From Eledone cirrhosa (Eukaryota), in NCBI GenBank assembly GCA_964016885.1, contig OZ024742.1, forward strand, positions 294,562,001 to 294,626,000: 64,000 nucleotides of DNA, given 5' to 3'. The notes under the pieces were generated by a model. It was not told where the DNA came from. It was given only the letters and a program-made list of their open reading frames with translations, and made no database searches. The position numbers and the translations under genes were made by a program. This document shows, one piece after another, positions 27,161 to 42,458 of this stretch (positions are counted from its first letter, which is position 1; the number at the start of each line of letters is the position of its first letter).

Positions 27161-29646
27161 ACACAAATACATTACATGATTTTACATATACACATACTTT
27201 TAAACACACACATGTATTACATGATTTTATATACACTCATATATTGTAGAATTTTACATACAAACACACACACATGATTTTACATACACACACATGATTT
27301 TACATACCTACACACAAGATTTACATACACACACATTACAGGATTTTACACAAAGACGCATACATAATTTACATACATATACATTACATTTCACATTACA
27401 TACACATGATTTAAATGAGTCTATTTGAACGTTTATGTTGTAAAAGTAGTCATTTTTATGACTACCATGCTTAGTAAAATAGACTTAAAATGTCAGTATT
27501 GTAGAATTGTTAAATCAACAAATAGAGAGTGGAGAAAATATTAGTATTATAAAGAACAACCGTGTCTATCCCAGTTTTTAGAATAGGTACATTGTATACC
27601 TGTATGACATAACCTAACTCTGTGCAACCCAACGTTCAGAATAGGTACACTGTATCCATGTGTGTTGAAAAATAACTATGCGTATCCTAGTTTTTAGAAT
27701 ACATCCTTGTGGGTTGCTAGATAACTTAACCATTTGTATCCCAGTTTTTAAATTAGGTTCACCCTATATGTTGTATGATAACTGTATGTATCCCAGTTTT
27801 TTAAATAGGTACACTGTATCCCTGTGTGTCTTAAGGGGCAACCAAATAGGTTAGTGTCAGAAAAAAAACAGTTTTATGTATATTGCCTTCAAAAGTCCTG
27901 CTCAACCCATATCAGTATGAAAAAGTGGATATAAAAACGTGCTGATGATAATTATGAGAAAGATGCAGAAGATCCCAGGTATCATAATTGTTTTGTTTTG
28001 GCAACAGCTAACAACAGAAGGTATCTCTCTAAGACAAATTTAATTCTTAAGTTAATTACTATTTGAAGGTTATCACCATAGACCTATATTTCATTAAGCT
28101 GCAATAACAAACATAAGGAGCTCCTTATAAGTAACAGAGTTGCTAGAATGTTGGAGAAAACTCGAAAGATGAAGAACTGGTATAAATACACCAAGGCATT
28201 TTGTCTGATTTTTTAAAATGATTCTGTGAATCCACTGCTTAATATTAATAATCAATTGTATAAGAAATCAAAAGTAGATTTTGAGGATTTCATGTTTTTG
28301 TTCAATGAATTTCTTAAATTAGAATGAACATTCAAATTTTGTGAGAGGAATGTAATTTAGTAGACCTCAAAAATATTTTTTTGGCCTTGGAATAGTGAAA
28401 GGTAAAGTCAGTTTTTGGTCAGATTTGAACTCGAAATATAAAGGTATCCAGCTCCCAAGACTCTGCACTAACAACTATACCCAGTCCTTCTGGCTTAGAA
28501 CAGTGGCCCTCTGGAACTTCCTCTCTGTTCATACCATTATAAAACAAATAAACTTGTATCAGTCTAAGCAAAAGATCAATGGAATTTGTCCCTTCAGTCT
28601 CAGAGGGCCTTTCAAAGTCATCGGTACTGTCCCATCTTTTATACCCACCAAGTTAGAAAAAAAAATGCATTCTTCTTTTTTTAAGATGATAAGGTTTGAT
28701 TTGAAGGAGAATCTGATCACTATTTCCAGCAAGTTGGGTGACTCCATAAATGCTCCTTTGTGTGCTAAGTTAATAGTACAAGTCTTTTGAAGGTTCCAAT
28801 TATGTGAAATAATACCCACCCGAATATTATTGGTTATATATATTTTACTTACTGTCCAGAAACTATTTTTTAGTCAGGCCACAAAGAAATTCTCCATTAA
28901 TGAAGTGAAACCTACCGTTTCATTCCTCCCAACTTATTAATAAAATGAGCAAGGCCTCACAATATAATATTTATTTTAATTAAATCATGTCTTCTTTTAG
29001 TATTTCAGACCCATGAATTGTAATAGGCACAAACCTAATGTAGAATGTAAGCCCCCAATTCTAGTAATATGTTCAGGCTAGATGTGAAAGATAGTCCACC
29101 ATTGCTGGTAGCATGTTCAGACCAGATAAGAAATGTAGACTCCATTTCAAATTACTCATTAATTATTTCAGTAATCAGTGCTAAATACATATTATTTATG
29201 TAAGTGTTACAGGTATATACATATATACATATACATGTAGTGTATATGATATACTTAAATATAACCAAACAGAACAAGAACTTAAGGAGAGTAGGCCCAC
29301 AACCAAATGGCCCACCAGCTGTCCCACCACAGCCACCACCACCACCACCACCACCACCACCACCGCTCTTGCCTGGCTCGTCTGGTAGGGTTCATCTGAT
29401 GTAGTCAGGGGCATGTTTGGGGATGACAACATTTAACTTTGTTAGTTTATCAACTGTTTTGATATCAACAATTTTTCAAAAATGAATTGACAATGAGAGA
29501 AGATGAGAAAGGAAGTGAGTAAAAACCAAGTCATAGTAAAGCTGAGACAAAAGTAAAGGAAAACACTGTGATAAAAGATGAGCAAAAGAAAGAACAATAA
29601 GACAGAAAGAGAGGAAGTGAAGCTACATCAAAGAAAGATGGAAGAT

Positions 29647-30283
29647 TAACCCTTTTGTGACCATATTTCTATGAAAATACTCTGCTTATGTGTTTTAATT
29701 TGCTTTGAAAATAATCAAAAATTTAGAGGGATTTACTATAACAACTAACCTTTTAATTATTGAACATAACAAACGTTCTTACATAGAATTATGATGGAAA
29801 GTTTTCATGAATATTTTAACCCTTTAGCATTTAAACTGGCTGTATCTGGCCAGAATTCTCTCACCTCTTTCTGTTCAAACCAGTCCTAACTGGCCATTCA
29901 CACCAAGGTATTGTTCTCAAAATAAATAATATCAAAACCTCGTAGTTATGACATTATGTGAGATAATTATGTGAGGTAAAGCCTTTACTGTGAAGATACA
30001 ATAGTAAATATAGAGTAATGTAAATGGTAAAGGGTTAAAATGGATAGTTTTATGTGTTTCAATTAATTTTAGAAATAGAATTTGGAGATATGTAGCAAAA
30101 TAAGTATTATTTCTCTTTATTAACCTAGCATTTGGCAGGGCACATAACAAAAAATTCTTGTATAAAAAATTATGATGTAAGGTTTTAATTTAAATTTGAA
30201 TGCTTTAAAACAAGCAGTTTTGTATCAATGGATTAAAGGAGATTTGGTCTCAGGTGGGGTTGGTTTAGGTATCAAAAGGGTTA
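29647..30283. mobile_element. piggyBac-type (TTAA) MITE, family 1, carrying a nested MITE
   Basis: TTAA|CCCTTTTGTGACC ... GGTATCAAAAGGG|TTA. Related degenerate copies at about 23425-23640, 36473-36680, 47863-48178, 57553-57740 and 59290-59540. Confidence 0.65.
29820..30034. mobile_element. piggyBac-type MITE, family 2 (nested)
   Basis: TTAA|CCCTTTAGCATTTA ... TAAATGGTAAAGGG|TTAA. Partial copy at about 6650-6790. Confidence 0.75.
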
Positions 30284-31671
30284 TATGTCAAAGTCTGGTT
30301 ATTAATGCATTGGAAGCAGACAATTATTTGACAAGATAGATAATTTATTTCAGAAACTAATGAGTACAGAAGTGCAGCATGTAGGGTAAGTTGTTACATG
30401 AAAAACACATCAAAGTTAGCAACACATAAAAATTAACAACATACACATTATCAACAGTTATCAGCAGTCTGTTATTACGTTCACATTGTATGCACATTTA
30501 AATATTGAGGTTAATTAGTCAATATTTTAGAAAATATAATATCACTTATTTTAAATTTAATTTAAGAAATGTTTAGGATATTTTCTGATTAATTTTAAAA
30601 TATTATTTTTTTAAAAGGGATTATGTGTTATTATAAAATAGGGATCTAAAAGGAGTAGAGTAATCCTGTTATATATTTCTCAATAAAACCATGTCACCAA
30701 GTGTCAACTGTTGCTGGTAGGAAATACGTTTTAATAGATTATTAGCAAAACATGTAAGAACATATGCAATTATGGAACTATGGAATTGATCTAAAAATGG
30801 TAATAATAATTATTAAAATGTAAATAGATTAACATCGACAATTACTAAAAGGTCTCTTAAAATCATAAGCAAATTACTTTTATGCATAAATGTGTATGTA
30901 TATATATATATATACTTTTATGCATAAATGTGAATATATATATATATATAAATAACTACATATATTTAATAAACCATGGTAGAGAAAGTGAAATAAAGTT
31001 ACTACAATTGTTAGCTTGTATAAAAATATTATCAAAAAAAATATAAAGAAAAAATTATTATTAAAAGACATTTTCAAAGGCAGCTTTTTATCCTTTCGCT
31101 ATTATTTAAGCTATCACATAATATTTAAATATTGACATTTATATATTTCTAATATTACCATGGATTACTATGCTAATATAATATTTATTCCATGCTGTAT
31201 AAATACATTCTATATTGTATACCCACTACTTTGGTATTAATTATTTTAGCTAAGACTTCTGTGTCTATAATCTACATACATGTTCTACACACATGTTCTA
31301 CATATATGTTCTACATACATATCCTCAAATGTTCACCTAATTCTAAAGAAATCTTTAATAGCACACATTATCAAATATTTATAATTAAACCTCCTAACTG
31401 TGAATCTAGAGAATTTTACCTGGGCCCAATTCCAGGCACCTCCATCTGTTCTGCTATCTCATGGAATCTCTAACCATAATTTTACATAACATTATAGAAT
31501 TAGACAGAATTTTATCTAATGGAAATCCAGGAATTATGTTACATTTTCTAAACTATTTCTCACTCATTATTATAAAGTACCAGTAATACACTGATATAAT
31601 TGCTGGCCTTGTGCCAATAGTAGAAACAATTATTATAAACTGTTTTATTCAGACTAATGTTCTCACACTGC

Positions 31672-31920
31672 TTGTTATAATCATATTTTGGCTGTTGTAC
31701 CCTCTGGCTTTCTTCAGGTGTCTGTTGTTTTTGGTTAAGTTCTTAGAATTGTGAATCAAACCTTTTTCTTTATTGAAACCCTGGACAATGGAATTAGAAC
31801 AATCTACCCCTTTGATTTGAATAAAGAGTTTGGTTTGAAATTTTGGGAACCTTACTGAAGATGACAGGCACCTGAAAAAACCTGGAGGGTACAGTGGCTG
31901 AAATGTTGTGATTATAACAA
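31672..31920. mobile_element. Inverted pair of Penelope-like pLTR fragments with decayed hammerhead motifs
   Basis: About 105-bp imperfect inverted arms. The left arm (reverse complement) keeps CCTGAAGA; the right arm keeps GGCT-GAAA-TGTTG. Partial copy at about 35945-35998. Confidence 0.55.
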
Positions 31921-32677
31921 TTATCTCTTGACATCCTGTATGTTATGAAACCACAAAGCATCTTTGGAAAGTACAAAAACTGAACTATGACATTAGTTTA
32001 TTGCACTAGTAAAGATACTACAAACATTTGAATAAACAAATCTATTTTAAAATAATTACTGCTGAATCCTTACAGGATGTTCAGAGTTAAGATAAGAAAC
32101 CTAGTGGGAATAAATCAGTGATTAATGATTTCGTTATTGACCACTAAATGATTAATAATGATAATTCTTCATCTCAGAAATTTAGACCAGATATTTCTCA
32201 CTGCGTTCTATATTTTTCATGAAGAACAGAAACCACGGATACACAGTTATATAACTAAAACAACAACAAATCTCCCAGTTAAAAAAACCTCCCAGTTTAT
32301 GACAAATAGCTAAACAAATCACAAGCTTCCTAGTTTATGGATGAAAAAACTTGAGTACAAAAATGTGTTTTTGAAAGAAAGAAAGAATTACTATTATTGG
32401 GAGAGGAAAGCAAAAGGAGTAATGTCTTAAAATCCATTCCCTAATGGAAATAAAGTGTTGGGAGGAGTAAGAGGAGGCAGTGAATATATTGTGAATAGTT
32501 GTGATTAAGCAGGAAACTGATTAAAAGCTGCTGGACATGCTTTGTTGATCATTAGTTTGATAACATTTTTCTAAGGTGCACAACAGACAATGGCTGTGTT
32601 GAAAGAAAACAAGCATTTCTAAAGAGTACAGGGAAGATTTTACACCAGATTTACAGATGAGCTATGTGGGCTACAGC

Positions 32678-32866
32678 CTGGGCTGGATTAACCAGTAAGC
32701 AAAAGAAGCACATGCTAAGGGTATCAATGGAAGGGAGGCACCATTTTATTAAAATTAAATGTATTTGTCATTCCCCAAAAATTATTTTTGTAGACTTTAT
32801 ATGGAGAGGCGTGTCACCATAGTCTTTTATGTGTTTAGGACCTAAAAAAGACTTAATACAGCCCTG
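32678..32866. mobile_element. Degenerate hAT-like MITE
   Basis: TIR CTGGGCTGGATTAA / TTAATACAGCCCTG. TSD poorly conserved. Confidence 0.45.
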
Positions 32867-33977
32867 GGTATAGACCTGGGCATCATAGTCCAAAGGCCCT
32901 GTTCTGTTTTAAATATGTATTAAAATATAGCTATGACAACATTCTTGTCAAAATTAAAAATATATTCTAATATCTTTTACTTTGGGTGTCACCTGTTTTA
33001 GAGGTTGACATGGCTAGATGTTGAAACCTCAGTATCGTTCTATGTGTAGATCTATATTCATGTGCATTTAAATGTTCATTAAGTTTCCTGTGAGCATTTG
33101 CTTTAATTTGGCCCTGGTTGAGAGTTAGTAAAGTTGTAACTTGTCAATGTGACTAATGTGTTTTTAATGTAAAGTATGCAGTAATTAAATGATGAAGTGA
33201 GAAGTGTTTCAAAGATATTAATGTAGACATATGAGTAATATTTGAAGGAAGTTTTAGGGTATTAGAAGAACCAGTGTTAACCATGGATATAAACAAGCCA
33301 GTAATGCACAGTTTTACCAAGTGGTTCTGGGACAAGCAGATGTGAATGTTAAAATTACTTCATTCATGAGATAGTGGCAACATATGTGAGATGTGGCCTC
33401 AGTCCATTTGAGTGGTCAGTAGCTATAATTGAGTATTGATTTGGTCTGCAAAGACCCAGCCAACCTTTACTAGCAAGGAGAATGGACATTGGATGATGAT
33501 GGTGATGATGATGATGATGACAATGTTGATAATTTCTCAGATCATATTTAACTAATATCCTTCACATGTAGACTCATGTCCAATTGGGTGTGAGTCTACA
33601 TGTGAAAACACATCTGAGGAACTTTTGATTCCAGAGTCAAGAACGAACATAATCGATCATTCCTCAAGCTGATTGGCAGTGAAACATATGTAATATGTGA
33701 TTAAATACGTATATGATGCAACACTGAATCTTTGTTCCCTAATTATTATTAATGATACTCTGCTTCCCAACGGCATTGTATGCTCATCTTGGCATTGGTT
33801 GTGCCATGTTAAAATGCATCTGGTGCACTCTGTTGCTTGTAGTAACATAATGCCACCTCCTGGCCCATTTGAGAGGTCAGTAGCACTGATTAAGTACTGA
33901 CTTGGTCTGTGATGACTTGTTCTATCCTTGCTAGCATTGCAAATAGACATTAAATATTGTTGATGATGATTATACAT

Positions 33978-35225
<1,248 letters not shown>

Positions 35226-35254
35226 AGCATATAGACAATATGCCCCCACCCCCT

Positions 35255-35535
35255 CCCACTGCAAAGTGGTCATGGAGGTGCCACGGAAAAAAGCACCCAG
35301 CCCACACTGTAAAGTGGACGTGTAGGCGTCACGGAAAAAGCACCCAGCACTCATTGTAAATGAGGTTGGTGTTAGGAAGGGCATCCAGCTGTAGAAATCA
35401 AGCCAGAATCAGTTCCTGTATGAGCAAGGCATGGTCAGCCGACCAGACACTGTCCAGAGCAGGACAACCCGTCTAACCCATGCTAGCATGGAAGAACGGA
35501 CGTAAAACGGTGATGATGATGATGATGATGATGAT
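35255..35535 (+). mobile_element. 3' part of a family-B-related SINE ending in an RTE-type tail and (GAT)n
   Basis: Matches 11175-11290, then ACCCATGCTAGCATGGAAGAACGGACGTAAAAC(GAT)n. Confidence 0.7.
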
Positions 35536-37056
35536 ATATATATATATATATATCCTAGTCTCTGAATCAAGCTGATGATGATGATAGAGTTGTTGTGTTG
35601 GAGGAGGTGATGATGATGGTGCTGTTATTGTTGTATGTAGTATAGTGTGTTGCAGCTGTTTTTATTGATGGTGGTGTTGGGAGGTATCATGAATATGATG
35701 GTATTATTATTGGTAGTGGTGGTGGTGTTGGTGGTGGTTTTGGAGTTTGTGAAGATGATGATGATGAGGATGATGATGATGATGCTAGTGTTGAGTGGAC
35801 AGAAAGTGCTCATAAAGCAATGATTATTACTGACCTCTGTATGGTGCTATGTGATATGAGATAAACATTCTGCCATGGATAGGCGAGATCTTTCAGGTTA
35901 ACTGAGCTATTACTATAGGCTAATCTATTCAGACTAATTCTCTTATCTTGGTTGTTATAGTCACAATGTTTTGGATTTTGTACCCACTGACCTTCCCTTT
36001 TTCAGCTATAAAAATAAAATGGAATTTACAGCTCACATCTATGGGGATTTAGCTCACCTCCTATGACAATGCATCTCAATGGAGGTTTCTCAGGAGTTTT
36101 AATGATAGGGGCCTCAGTCCAATCATGGAAAAGTAATGTGAAATGAAGCATTATGCTCAAGAACACAATGAACCATCCAGTTCAGGAATTAAACCTATGA
36201 TTTTATGATCACAAAATCCATATCCAAGGCCATGCACCCTCACAGGCTTTCGGGTGGGTAGGTGGGGGTAAATTGCTCTAAACTGAATGGAGTTATCTTC
36301 AGCTCTCTACATCTTAGAAATTCAGACAAAATACATTAGATTGATATAGATAAAAAAAGAATTTAATAGGATTTAGTAAAATAACTAATTTTCTCATTAT
36401 TAAGCTGGTATTTGGAGCATAGCTTAACAAAGGTACTTAGACAAAATTATGATAAAGGTTTTCAGATAGGTTTAACCGTTTTGTTATCATATTTCTAATG
36501 AAAGATATTAACTATGATTTTCAATTATATTTGAAAATATCAAGAATTTGAAGGAATGTAGTAATATAACTAACTTTCTCATTAAGCTAATGTCTGGAGT
36601 ATAAATTATGATGGAAGAGTTGTAGATAAATATATTTCAAAATGAACAGTTTGAAATGGGAGTGATTTCAGGTAGGATGATAGTTTTGTTTGTTTCTGAA
36701 TATTAGTCTTCTCTTATAATTCAATTCACATCAATACTTGAGTGGTACTTTATTTTATTGACCCAGATTTGAACTCAGAATGTAAGACACCATAATTTTA
36801 TACCACAAATCAATTGATTGTTGCATTATTTTATGGAACATGAAAGAGAAAGTTGAGCACAGCAGGGTTTCAGCTCAGAATGTAAGGGACAAAAGATCTA
36901 TCCAGAATTTTACTATAGGCTGTGAATCTATCATAGAGAAGAAGTTATTCCCTATATTAAATTCAGCTGAAGAAAAGAAACATATTATTTTAAAAAATGG
37001 TGAAAATATATCTAACAACAAACCCACAATATTTTTCTTCTTACCAATCTGTAATA

Positions 37057-37614
<558 letters not shown>

Positions 37615-37855
37615 GATTGATTGATTAGTAAGGACTTCAGAAAGCCAGTACAATGTGGTAAAAGTATTTAATGAGCAAAGGACAACAAATAAAACAAAAC
37701 AATGTTTTTTACCTAGCATAATATTTCATGGTTAGTACCCTTTTTCAAATGCAAAACAAAAATGACCAGTGAATGGTTCCTTAACTGGCCCAACTGTGTG
37801 GATTGCGTATTCATAGAGCAGTCATAGAAGCCACTCTGCTCAATGTAGTTCTGAT

Positions 37856-38015
37856 TTATGTGTGGCTTCTGTTAATTCTTAAATCCCACAAATTCCTTTC
37901 CATCGCTTCTATGGTGACCTCAATGACCTGGTTGTGGCATTTGTTAAGGCGTTTTTTGACAGATGAAGTTCTTGTCAAACATGGCGATAACCTTGAAATA
38001 TTATTTTGAAGGATA
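37856..38015 (-). CDS. Gene B possible alternative terminal coding exon (phase 2), ILQNNISRLSPCLTRTSSVKKRLNKCHNQVIEVTIEAMERNLWDLRINRSHT*
   Basis: Acceptor catttttttaaccag; only one long open frame; possible donor at 37713 (TAG|gtaaaa). Confidence 0.35.
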
Positions 38016-39134
38016 CTGGTTAAAAAAATGCATGACTGTTTTGTTTTATTTGACATCCTTCAGCTTTTATATATTTCTAGTGCATTGTACCAGCTTCCTG
38101 TAGTCTTTAATTATTACACATCTCACATTGCTTCATATTAACTCTTTCTATATATAAACCTTATGAAGTATCGAAGCACTGGATGATTTGAAAATTGAAA
38201 ATGTGAGAATCCTAACAACAATTGATTGCTATAAATAATAACTTAGGAAATCAGGTATATACATATATGTGTATATATTGTATGTATATATATCTACATA
38301 CACGTACATACACACACACACATATGTATATATATATATATAAACATAGATAAACCTGTGATTCACAATAAACATTTCAACTCATCTAAAAATGATGTGT
38401 TCTCATTCACAATGTAAGATATTTAAAATTAATTACCTTATTTTAGCTTTGACAACATCTATTAGACTATATTAGAATGGAATAATGAAACCTTCGAGAT
38501 ACCACACACACACACACATAGAAACACACACATATATGGACTGGTGAATGTTTTAATACATTAATTAGAGTTTGTATATTTTATTAGAAACTGAAGCTTC
38601 CATTGTTACTCTGAGTTTCATATTTCCAATTATTGAAACAATTGAAATAGGGAAGCTATATGACTATACATAAGTGTAAAAATGTTCCTAAACATATTAG
38701 TGATGAAAGTCTCTGTATGAATTCGTCAATTCCCAAGTTTTATTCAAAATTACTGAAGTTTGTAATAAAAAGTTATTATTTTTAGAAAGATGCATCAGCA
38801 CCTCACTATACAAATATATCTAGAGTTTAAAAGATGATAATATTAAAGATTAAAATAAATTAGTTTATAAATGGTTTTAGAAGACGCAATCTCTGTTACT
38901 CAAAGAAGTATAATGTTCTATTACAGTTTTTTGAAATTTCAAACAAAATATTGGATTTGGTGAATTTTTGTAAACACTTCCATCCATATTTACTGAGGAA
39001 TTTTCAAATACCAAAATTCTAAAATAGCTTGTTTCCTACATAGTGGATTTGCCAGATCATGAAAGAAGGTCCCATATTAAAAAAACCCCCCAAAAACACA
39101 ATGTTGGTTTTCACGAACACTAAAACAACATTAC

Positions 39135-39178
39135 CTGTAACCAACTTCTTTGCAGTTGTATGTTTTACACATATGAAA
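39135..39178 (-). CDS. Gene B possible 44-nt exon (phase 0->2, FHMCKTYNCKEVGY)
   Basis: Acceptor ttttcatgcttcag, donor CAG|gtaatg. Phase-compatible with the exon starting at 38015. Confidence 0.35.
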
Positions 39179-40380
39179 CTGAAGCATGAAAATATCATGT
39201 TTTTATATGTGAATAGATAAATATAGCAGCTTTTTGGCAACCAATCAAATCTTGATAACTAATCATATTTCGATGTGTTAATGAATAATTTTGCTTATAT
39301 ATTGTCTAATTAGCTACATGAAACTCGGGGTAACAACCAAAGAAACTTCAACTTCTATGATATATGCATCTTCATGCACACAATGATATTGTTGTTTCCT
39401 CAGAAGACTGCATTAAGGTATAATTAATATTCATAATGAATTAGACCTGAAAACAATGTTTGGATACATGTGAAATGGTAAAGAATAGATTAAAGCAACA
39501 AGTAAAGACTTAACAGAAGCTGGAATGAAAACCACTTAGAATTAGGTGAGTGCTGAAAGAGGAAAGCATGAAATCAGAAAAGAATATGAAATGGTTCAGA
39601 AAGAACTTAGTCTCAAAAGACATTTTGAAAATTTTAGGGGAAAACATAAAAAGTATAACAATTAACAAAGAAACTTGAAATCCATTGAAGATCTTATTTC
39701 AGGTAAAACAGAAAGGAATGGAATAGATACCTTTTTAAAAATTAAACAAAATTATTTCTAAAATAAATGGCAAAATAATTTTGAAATAAATTTAAATTAT
39801 ATTTTGTTATGGTGGAATTATTATAAATTTTAAAGATGTTTTGGAAATAACAATATTTTGTTACCAATACATTTGACCATAATTAACTGTGTTGTCTATC
39901 CAAATTTCTGACCTTATGCATATGCAATACCTATGACCTTATGCTTCTGACCTATGACCTTATCCTTACGCAAGAAATCTATATATGTCTATGAGATGAA
40001 TCTTGAGTATCAAGACTAACATTATGTGGTTGTGTAACTACAATCAATTAGTCATTATATCGATCTATCATGATCAATCAATCTACCTTAAGAAACGATC
40101 GTAGAACCATGAACTGATCATACATATATTCATATAAATACACGCACACACACGTGCATATATATATATTTGTTCTCAATCTATCTATCTATCTATATAT
40201 ATATGTTCTGAGGACGGTGGCTGGCTGATTGAACAGGAACTTTGAGACTAGTAATAGGTAGTAACCTAACCACTACTATCCCAATACATCGATGTCCACC
40301 GTTCAATCGACCTTCTGAAACGACTCTAAAACAATGAACTGAGTCTCTACCTACACCTGACTTCTGTTTTTATTGTTCAA

Positions 40381-40477
<97 letters not shown>

Positions 40478-41030
40478 GCACATATATATTATATGTATAT
40501 ATATATACACACACACACATATATTATATGTATATATATATATACACACACACACATATGAAATGGAATGGAATTCCTTCAGTTTCAATGGTGAATGTTT
40601 CAATTGTTCAATCTATGGAAATATATGAAATTAATATCAAGTGACTAAGCATTCCTCATGCACATGTACCCATAATGTAATTCTTAGGGAGATTCAGCAC
40701 TGTGTCTGACAAGGCTTGTTCTTTTGAATTACTGGCACAAGTCCACCTGACAGTATCTATCTATTCACTTTCACTTACAAGGCCTGGATCTGAGGTTATG
40801 GTAAATGATACATGCCCAAGATACCACTCAGTAGGATTGAACCTGGGACCTAATGATTGTGAAGCAAGCTCTTTAACTATTTGGCCATGCTGCATCCATA
40901 CACATACATATATATCAATGTATATACAATACCATAAGCACTTAACATTGTATTAATGTTTAACTGTTGTTCCTGATGTTATGTGTATCTGTTTATGTAT
41001 GTATGTATGTATGTATGTATGTATGTATGT

Positions 41031-41637
41031 CAGGTCACCACTTGGTGCTACTGGTAACATGTATCCCAGTACAACCTGTCTCATGGTCGGGTCGTTGGCG
41101 ACTAAACTGGCAACCCCACCAAGGTTTCTTGGTGAGGAGGGTGACTTTGGACATCCTGCAGGACTAAAAACAAAACCTGTCAAAGGGCAAAGGAGCTCTT
41201 AAGAGTCAATGGCCATCCAAAATCACTGGGAGAGATGACCCCTTAGCCTTTGTCAAGGCAGAATTCTAGGAGAAGGAAAACTCTGATATAACACCTGCAA
41301 CCCTGATGGTATCCAATGATGTTGACTTGTTCTTCTTTTTGGTAAATATCATCTTGGTTAAGAGAGTGGGACTGGCTTTGTGCAGTGCCTTTGCTCACTA
41401 TAAAAGCTTCACGGCACAGGCATTGCTTTGTATCTGGAGATCTCTCTGCACTTGTCGTCACATGGTACCAAAGGTAAAGCACTATGTGTCAATAATTGTC
41501 ACAAGTGTAGTGTTTGTACCAGAGTTTTCAAGTCGCTGGCTGGACTAAAAAGTCACACTCGTTCAGCGCATCGGTAGGTGTTCTCCTACATGGATATAAA
41601 GTAGTGGCCATACTCGAAAACGAGTTGGCAGCCACCA
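41031..41637 (+). mobile_element. Non-autonomous RTE derivative (5'UTR-like head joined to 3' tail), flanked by (TATG)n
   Basis: RTE-like 5' motif AGGAGAAGGAAAACTCTG; 3' hairpin GGCCATACTCGAAAACGAGTTGGCAGCC then (TATG)n. Near-identical truncated copy at 51469-51877. Confidence 0.7.
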
Positions 41638-41654
41638 TGTATGTATGTATGTAT

Positions 41655-41880
41655 GGGGAGTGTGGAAAAGAGTGTGCCACAGTTGGAGGATTGAAACGTC
41701 ATTTGATAGTGCACCAAAACAGGATCGTAACACCTACTGCGAGAGGTCTCCATTGTTGCAACATCAGTGCAAGAGTGTGCAAGTCCCTAGCAGGATTAAA
41801 AAGCCACGTCCGTGCTGCTCATGCTTAGGTGTCAAACGATGGCATTACTTGAAATCGAGTTGCAGCCATCATCATCATGT
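41655..41880 (+). mobile_element. 3' end of an RTE-type LINE with C2H2 zinc fingers
   Basis: GECGKECATVGGLKRHLIVH...CNISARVCKSLAGLKSHVRAAHA*, followed by a related tail hairpin and CATCATCATGTATG. Confidence 0.7.
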
Positions 41881-42076
41881 ATGTATGTATCTATGTGTGT
41901 GTGTGTGTATGTGTATGTGTGTATGTATGTATGCATGTGTGTTTTTGGTCAAACATATTGACAGTTTGACAAAATGTCAAAGAAAAATATTTATTACAAA
42001 CATACTATAAAAGAAAAAAAAAACCCCAAACAATGGACATAAGATCTTCAAAGGAAAGATAAACAGAAAGAAATAA

Positions 42077-42262
42077 TTGTTTCTACTTAGGCACAAGGCC
42101 AGCAATTACCCAGTGCATTACTGGTACTTTATTTTATCGACCCCGTAAGGATGAAAGGCAAAGTTAACCTTGGCGGGATTTGAACTCAGACTGTAAAGGG
42201 ACGTAACTATGCTGCAAAGCATGGCGTCCGACCCTCTACCGATACTGCCAATTCACCGCCCA
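42077..42262 (-). mobile_element. SINE family A (well conserved)
   Basis: Reverse complement of the family A consensus. Further minus copies at about 43082-43215, 54315-54500 and 56272-56497. Confidence 0.85.
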
Positions 42263-42419
42263 GAAAGAAATAATGAAAGACAGAAAGAAAGATAGAAAGA
42301 AAGAAAAATGAAGCAGCTGGTGTAAAGACATCTGGTAGTAGAAATGTTTAGGAAATATCCGGAATAAGGAATCAGTGGAAGATTGGTGCTTTTTTTAAAG
42401 TGCAGAATGGCAGACATAC

Positions 42420-42458
42420 GTTATAGTGCACGGTCAGGTGATCCATGCAGTGAACAAG
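42420..42458 (-). CDS. Gene B possible 39-nt symmetric exon, LVHCMDHLTVHYN
   Basis: Acceptor ctaacag with a weak pyrimidine tract, donor AAC|gtatgt. Only phase 0 is open. Confidence 0.25.

Noticed and set aside
28395-28819. 131-aa and 86-aa overlapping ORFs
   Set aside because: They overlap decayed repeat fragments, with no recognisable motif or consistent splice signals.
29204-29432. LRRV plus polyproline peptide resembling WH2/formin regions
   Set aside because: The prolines come from a (CCA)n microsatellite, and no credible splice acceptor or neighbouring in-phase exons were found.
33561-33606. 46-nt near-perfect hairpin as a pre-miRNA
   Set aside because: Too short, with almost no loop or basal stem. 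More likely a repeat-derived palindrome.
41514-41828. Host C2H2 zinc-finger gene
   Set aside because: The fingers sit directly before a retrotransposon tail and between (TATG)n tracts, so they belong to a LINE C-terminus.
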